A DNA stretch of 64,000 nucleotides from an uncultured delta proteobacterium (GTDB lineage: Bacteria > Desulfobacterota > BSN033 > UBA1163), in assembly GCA_963827685.1 (NCBI GenBank), contig CAWHBU010000002.1:896001-960000 (forward strand), given 5' to 3'. Shown here piece after piece: positions 60,495 through 64,000 of the stretch (its first letter is position 1; every line of letters begins with the position of its first letter). Both the position numbers and the translations under genes were made by a program. The notes under the pieces are model-generated. The model did not search any database, had not been told where the DNA came from, and worked only from the letters and a program-made list of their open reading frames with translations.

Positions 60495-60520
60495 GCAGGG
60501 TTAGAAAACCCTGCCTATCG
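60495..60520 (-). repeat. REP (GATAG + hairpin), right of RAYT, inverted
   Basis: Minus strand CGATAGGCAGGGTTTTCTAACCCTGC. Confidence 0.8.
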
Positions 60521-60747
60521 GTAAAAGTTTTACATAAACCCATGATGGAGCATTTTGTTCGATTATTATTATGAAAAGAGGAAAAGTCAAGACAATCGAA
60601 AATTGACAGCGAAAAGAATTCGGGAATATAATTGGCTCACGGAAAGCACGCTAAAAAAATACGCTGTGAGGATTGAACTGAATGAAGCTCCTCCACACAA
60701 CCGATACGACAATAAAACCATGCTCAAAGAAAAAGGACGTGAGGTTG

Positions 60748-62295
60748 ATGAACGAAGGCCCAGCCCTTGCCCCGGATGAAATCATCCGATTCCTCAAGAC
60801 GTTTCGCATTGACCTCCTAAAGATTTACCCAAGATCTTTCTGCTCTAAGAATGGATTGTGGTATGGGTTGGTTCGAGCCTCAGAGGGAAAAAAATTCCTC
60901 GTCTGGGGAGAAAAAAGCCGCGTCCTTAAAGATGCCTTCCTTGGAAATTGCCATCACCGATTATCGTCGCTCAAGCTCTGCGATCTCTCGGCCGAAAATA
61001 CCGAGAGTTTGATGGACCTCTTCCCTTACACAAAACCAGTCTCCCTCCGAGAATATCCGATGACCGTTGGCACTGGAGATCGTTTCGGGATGGCCATTCC
61101 CGGACATATCCGCGCCATCAAGAAATTTCACGTTCGTCCGGTCCTAGCTCAGCAATCGATTAGAGAAAATGCCCAAACACGAAGAAATTTTAGTGAGATG
61201 ATTCAAAATGCTGTCTGGGCGGTCTTTCAGGAGAATTACCAGGAAAGCTACGGAGCAGACGGTGACCATCTGAAATCCCTGCAGGAGGTTAAAAGTGCTC
61301 TGGACGCCGGGGCCTCCATGGTCACACTCGATCTATCCGAAAAAATAAATCCTGAAGCCCTCTGTGAACCCAAAGAGGTGATCGACCGAAAGTTTAATAA
61401 TGAGATTGACGAGGGAGATGCCAAAGTTATCTTTCACCTATTTTTAGACAAAGAATTCGTATTCAGAGGTACTGACGGACAGTTCTCCATTCAATTCGAT
61501 GAAGAAAGCGTCAAACGGAACACCCTTCTTTTCTATAAAGCCCTTGACTTCACCGAAGAGGTTTATGAATGGATTCGTTTTCGAAAAGGAAATCAGAGCT
61601 CGATTGATTTTGAAATATCCATGGATGAGATATCCTTTCCGACTTCACCAGAAAACCACTTTTTCTTCGCGCTTGAACTGAGCCATCGAGGAGTTACCAT
61701 TCAGTCCCTCGCACCGCGATTTATCCGAGAATTACGGGAGGGCGCCGATGAGCGCGAGGATAGAGAGGCATTTCGCAGACTATTCTATCAACATGTTCTT
61801 ATCGCCCAGGATTACGGGAATTATAAAATATCCATCCATTCCGAGAGTAATAGCCGCTCTCTCTTCTCTGACGTGGGAGGCCTGTCAAAGGGATTTCTCC
61901 ATCTAAAAACTTCTGGGACGGATTGGGTCGAGGCAATGCGGCTCATGGCTCTCCGGAAACCTTCCCTTTACAGAGAGATGCATTCATTCTCGTTACGCAG
62001 ACTCGGAGAAGCATCCACACTTTATCATATGACAAGGGATCTCAGCCGGATTCCAAAACTTGAAGAGCTAAGTGACGATGAACTCCCCGCTCTTATGGAC
62101 CAAGAGGATTCCAGACAGCTTCTCCACATCACTTATGGATATCTACTCAACGCAACGGATAAGGCAGGAAGGAGTCTTTTCAGAGATCAGCTCAGTCAAG
62201 CCCTGACGCAATATGAAGAGGATTATTGGTCTCTGCTTGAGACACATATTGAAAAACAGTTAAGCTCTCTTGGGGTCGAAAGAAAGCGAAGTTAA
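60748..62295 (+). CDS. Tagaturonate/fructuronate epimerase (UxaE)-family protein, divergent
   Basis: GTGDRFG, AQQSIRE, GADGDHLK, FEISMDE, HLKTSGT, LHITYG. Confidence 0.8.
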   Translation: MNEGPALAPDEIIRFLKTFRIDLLKIYPRSFCSKNGLWYGLVRASEGKKFLVWGEKSRVLKDAFLGNCHHRLSSLKLCDLSAENTESLMDLFPYTKPVSLREYPMTVGTGDRFGMAIPGHIRAIKKFHVRPVLAQQSIRENAQTRRNFSEMIQNAVWAVFQENYQESYGADGDHLKSLQEVKSALDAGASMVTLDLSEKINPEALCEPKEVIDRKFNNEIDEGDAKVIFHLFLDKEFVFRGTDGQFSIQFDEESVKRNTLLFYKALDFTEEVYEWIRFRKGNQSSIDFEISMDEISFPTSPENHFFFALELSHRGVTIQSLAPRFIRELREGADEREDREAFRRLFYQHVLIAQDYGNYKISIHSESNSRSLFSDVGGLSKGFLHLKTSGTDWVEAMRLMALRKPSLYREMHSFSLRRLGEASTLYHMTRDLSRIPKLEELSDDELPALMDQEDSRQLLHITYGYLLNATDKAGRSLFRDQLSQALTQYEEDYWSLLETHIEKQLSSLGVERKRS

Positions 62296-62336
62296 CCGCT
62301 ATAAATTAATCCACCAATTGCATAAAAAAGCGTCCC

Positions 62337-62505
62337 AAAAGGCAGTTGGGTGTACCGGGAAACCTTTACAGCGGAACCTTTGAACGTTTCGCCGCTTCGT
62401 TTCCAGACACATTTCAAAAGTCCCCTCGGGTGACATTTAATGTTACCCATAAAACATAATAAAGAACCGCTTGGTAAAGGTTGGAGGAACATCCAACTGC
62501 CTTTT
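62337..62505 (+). ncRNA. Candidate structured RNA (~170-nt rod)
   Basis: Nested helices with G-U pairs on the plus strand. Confidence 0.45.
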
Positions 62506-62561
62506 CAATGGAAGATCTGGGTTAACAAATAAAGAAAAACAGGAAGGGGGGTTAAAGAAAA

Positions 62562-63416
62562 ATGGCTAAAAAGAGTCCGATAAAGATTTCGATTTGTAAT
62601 GAGCTCTTCGAGGGGTGGCCGATCGATAAAGTCTTTGAGTATGCGGCTCAATTGGGGTACGACGGGGTTGAGATCGCTCCCTACACCCTGGCAGACTCGG
62701 TCACGGAAATCTCACCGAAGAGGCGAAAAGCCATTCGGCAGGCAGCAGAGGAGAATGGGATCGAGATTGTTGGTCTTCATTGGCTGCTGGCGAAGCCGGA
62801 AGGCCTCTACATCAACCATCCCGATGAGATCATCCGTATCGAAACCCAGGAATATATCGAGGCACTCATCCACTTCTGTGCCGACATCGGAGGAAAGATT
62901 CTGGTTCACGGTTCTCCACATCAGAGGACCGTTCAAGAAGGATGGGACTTTCAAGAATCATGGGATTTTGCCAAGGAAACCCTCAAGGTATGTCTTAAGA
63001 CGGCTCTAAAAAGAAATGTCCTCTACTGCATTGAACCTCTTGCCCATACGATCACCAATTTCATTAACACCGTGGCAGAGGGCATTCAATTGGTGAGGGA
63101 GATAAGACATCCCAATTTCAAAATGGTTTTCGACTGTCGAAGCGCATCGACCCAGGAGAAATCGGTTTCTGAAGCCCTTCTCCGTGCGATGGATTCCGGA
63201 TACCTCCGTCATATCCATGCCAACGATGCCAGCGGAAGGGGACCCGGCTTTGGAAAAACAGGGTTCGTCCCGATTTTGAAAAGTTTAGTCAAGAATGGTT
63301 ATAAGGGTTATATTTCCGTAGAGGTTTTCGATTTTAGTCCGGATCCTCAAACGGTAGCCAGCCGAAGCATCGGCTACCTCCGGGGAATTCTTGAGACCTT
63401 GACTGAAAAAGGCTGA
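62562..63416 (+). CDS. Sugar phosphate isomerase/epimerase (ketose 3-epimerase-like TIM barrel)
   Basis: GYDGVEIAP, CIEPL, HIHAND, YISVEVF. Confidence 0.9.
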   Translation: MAKKSPIKISICNELFEGWPIDKVFEYAAQLGYDGVEIAPYTLADSVTEISPKRRKAIRQAAEENGIEIVGLHWLLAKPEGLYINHPDEIIRIETQEYIEALIHFCADIGGKILVHGSPHQRTVQEGWDFQESWDFAKETLKVCLKTALKRNVLYCIEPLAHTITNFINTVAEGIQLVREIRHPNFKMVFDCRSASTQEKSVSEALLRAMDSGYLRHIHANDASGRGPGFGKTGFVPILKSLVKNGYKGYISVEVFDFSPDPQTVASRSIGYLRGILETLTEKG

Positions 63417-63774
63417 AGTCTGCTGATCGATTTGACTACAGTTTTACCGTAATCGTGGATGTGGAGAGAACCCTTCGCCGAGTGGATACCACAGGAGAAC
63501 TTAGCGCCAAACCTAAAGGATGGACCTTGAGACCCTCAAGGAACAACCTAAAGACCCGAACGGAATTTAAGACTCCATGCGGGTCACCTCAAAATGATCT
63601 CAGACATTCCTCCTTCTGAATAGCCCCATCTGAAGTAATTACATCCAATCAGACGTTCTGCCCTGGCAAAAAGAAAAATAAACTGCCAAAAATTGACGAT
63701 CATCATACTCGATTCACCTGTTATTCAAATCCAAAACGCTCAAAATTACAATCAGTTATAAAAGATAAATCCGA

Positions 63775-63791
63775 CGGGCATATTATTTGCA
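63775..63791 (+). promoter_or_regulatory. Sigma54 (-24/-12) promoter candidate
   Basis: GGCA-TATTAT-TTGCA (GG-N10-GC). Confidence 0.55.
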
Positions 63792-63825
63792 CTACTCATA
63801 AATCTAAAAAATAGGAGGTATGTCT

Positions 63826-64000
63826 ATGAAACTAATAAGTCTATTCATCCTAATCGTCGTAGCTTTATTTCTCGTCAGCTGCAGTACTGTCGCCCCGAAG
63901 CCTACTCTTCAAAGTAGTGATTTTCCCAAGATGGCAAAGGCAACGCCAGATGCTGGAATCCTCCCATATGATTTGGAAGATTCCTATGGTCCATTCATTG
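63826..64000 (+). CDS. Lipoprotein, 5' part only
   Basis: AGGAGG RBS, MKLISLFILIVVALFLVSC lipobox. Confidence 0.7.
   Translation, partial: MKLISLFILIVVALFLVSCSTVAPKPTLQSSDFPKMAKATPDAGILPYDLEDSYGPFI

Noticed and set aside
63440-63613. Minus-strand GGAGGA-ATG ORF with in-frame TGA (MSEIILR*PAW) as a selenoprotein
   Set aside because: A TAG follows 10 codons later; no SECIS or redox motif evident

Overview
Chromosomal window, most consistent with a Desulfobacterota/deltaproteobacterial anaerobe (inferred from gene content, not verified). 1-16.9 kb is a phosphate-starvation (Pho) cluster: a PhoB-type regulator, a soluble PHP-REC-histidine kinase fusion, Zn-finger microproteins, STAS, MBL hydrolase, a porin and two complete but different Pst systems with arsC and two phoU genes; three promoters carry 11-bp-period Pho-box-like repeats. 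Housekeeping genes (tRNA-fMet, lptFG, ccdA, hpt, nfi, mtnA, gatB, argS), an RpoD paralogue operon and an acyl-CoA/thiolase/LIV-ABC catabolic cluster fill most of the rest. Accessory DNA: (i) a decayed co-oriented integron with an internally deleted mini-integrase and two attC sites (26.3-27.4 kb); (ii) an IS3 element; (iii) a ~6.5 kb integrase-less island that displaced the 5' half of tRNA-Arg(CCG) and carries candidate defence genes (Panacea TA pair, PD-(D/E)xK-like and PIN-like proteins); (iv) a RAYT with flanking REPs. Throughout the window a layered system of small repeats (6/7-bp-period inverted arms, scarless CCTGCC...GGCAGG hairpin inserts, a palindromic element translated in frame inside endonuclease V) invades intergenic DNA and genes. 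A ~170-nt rod-like RNA candidate lies at 62.3-62.5 kb. All family assignments are from motif recognition by eye; no searches were run.
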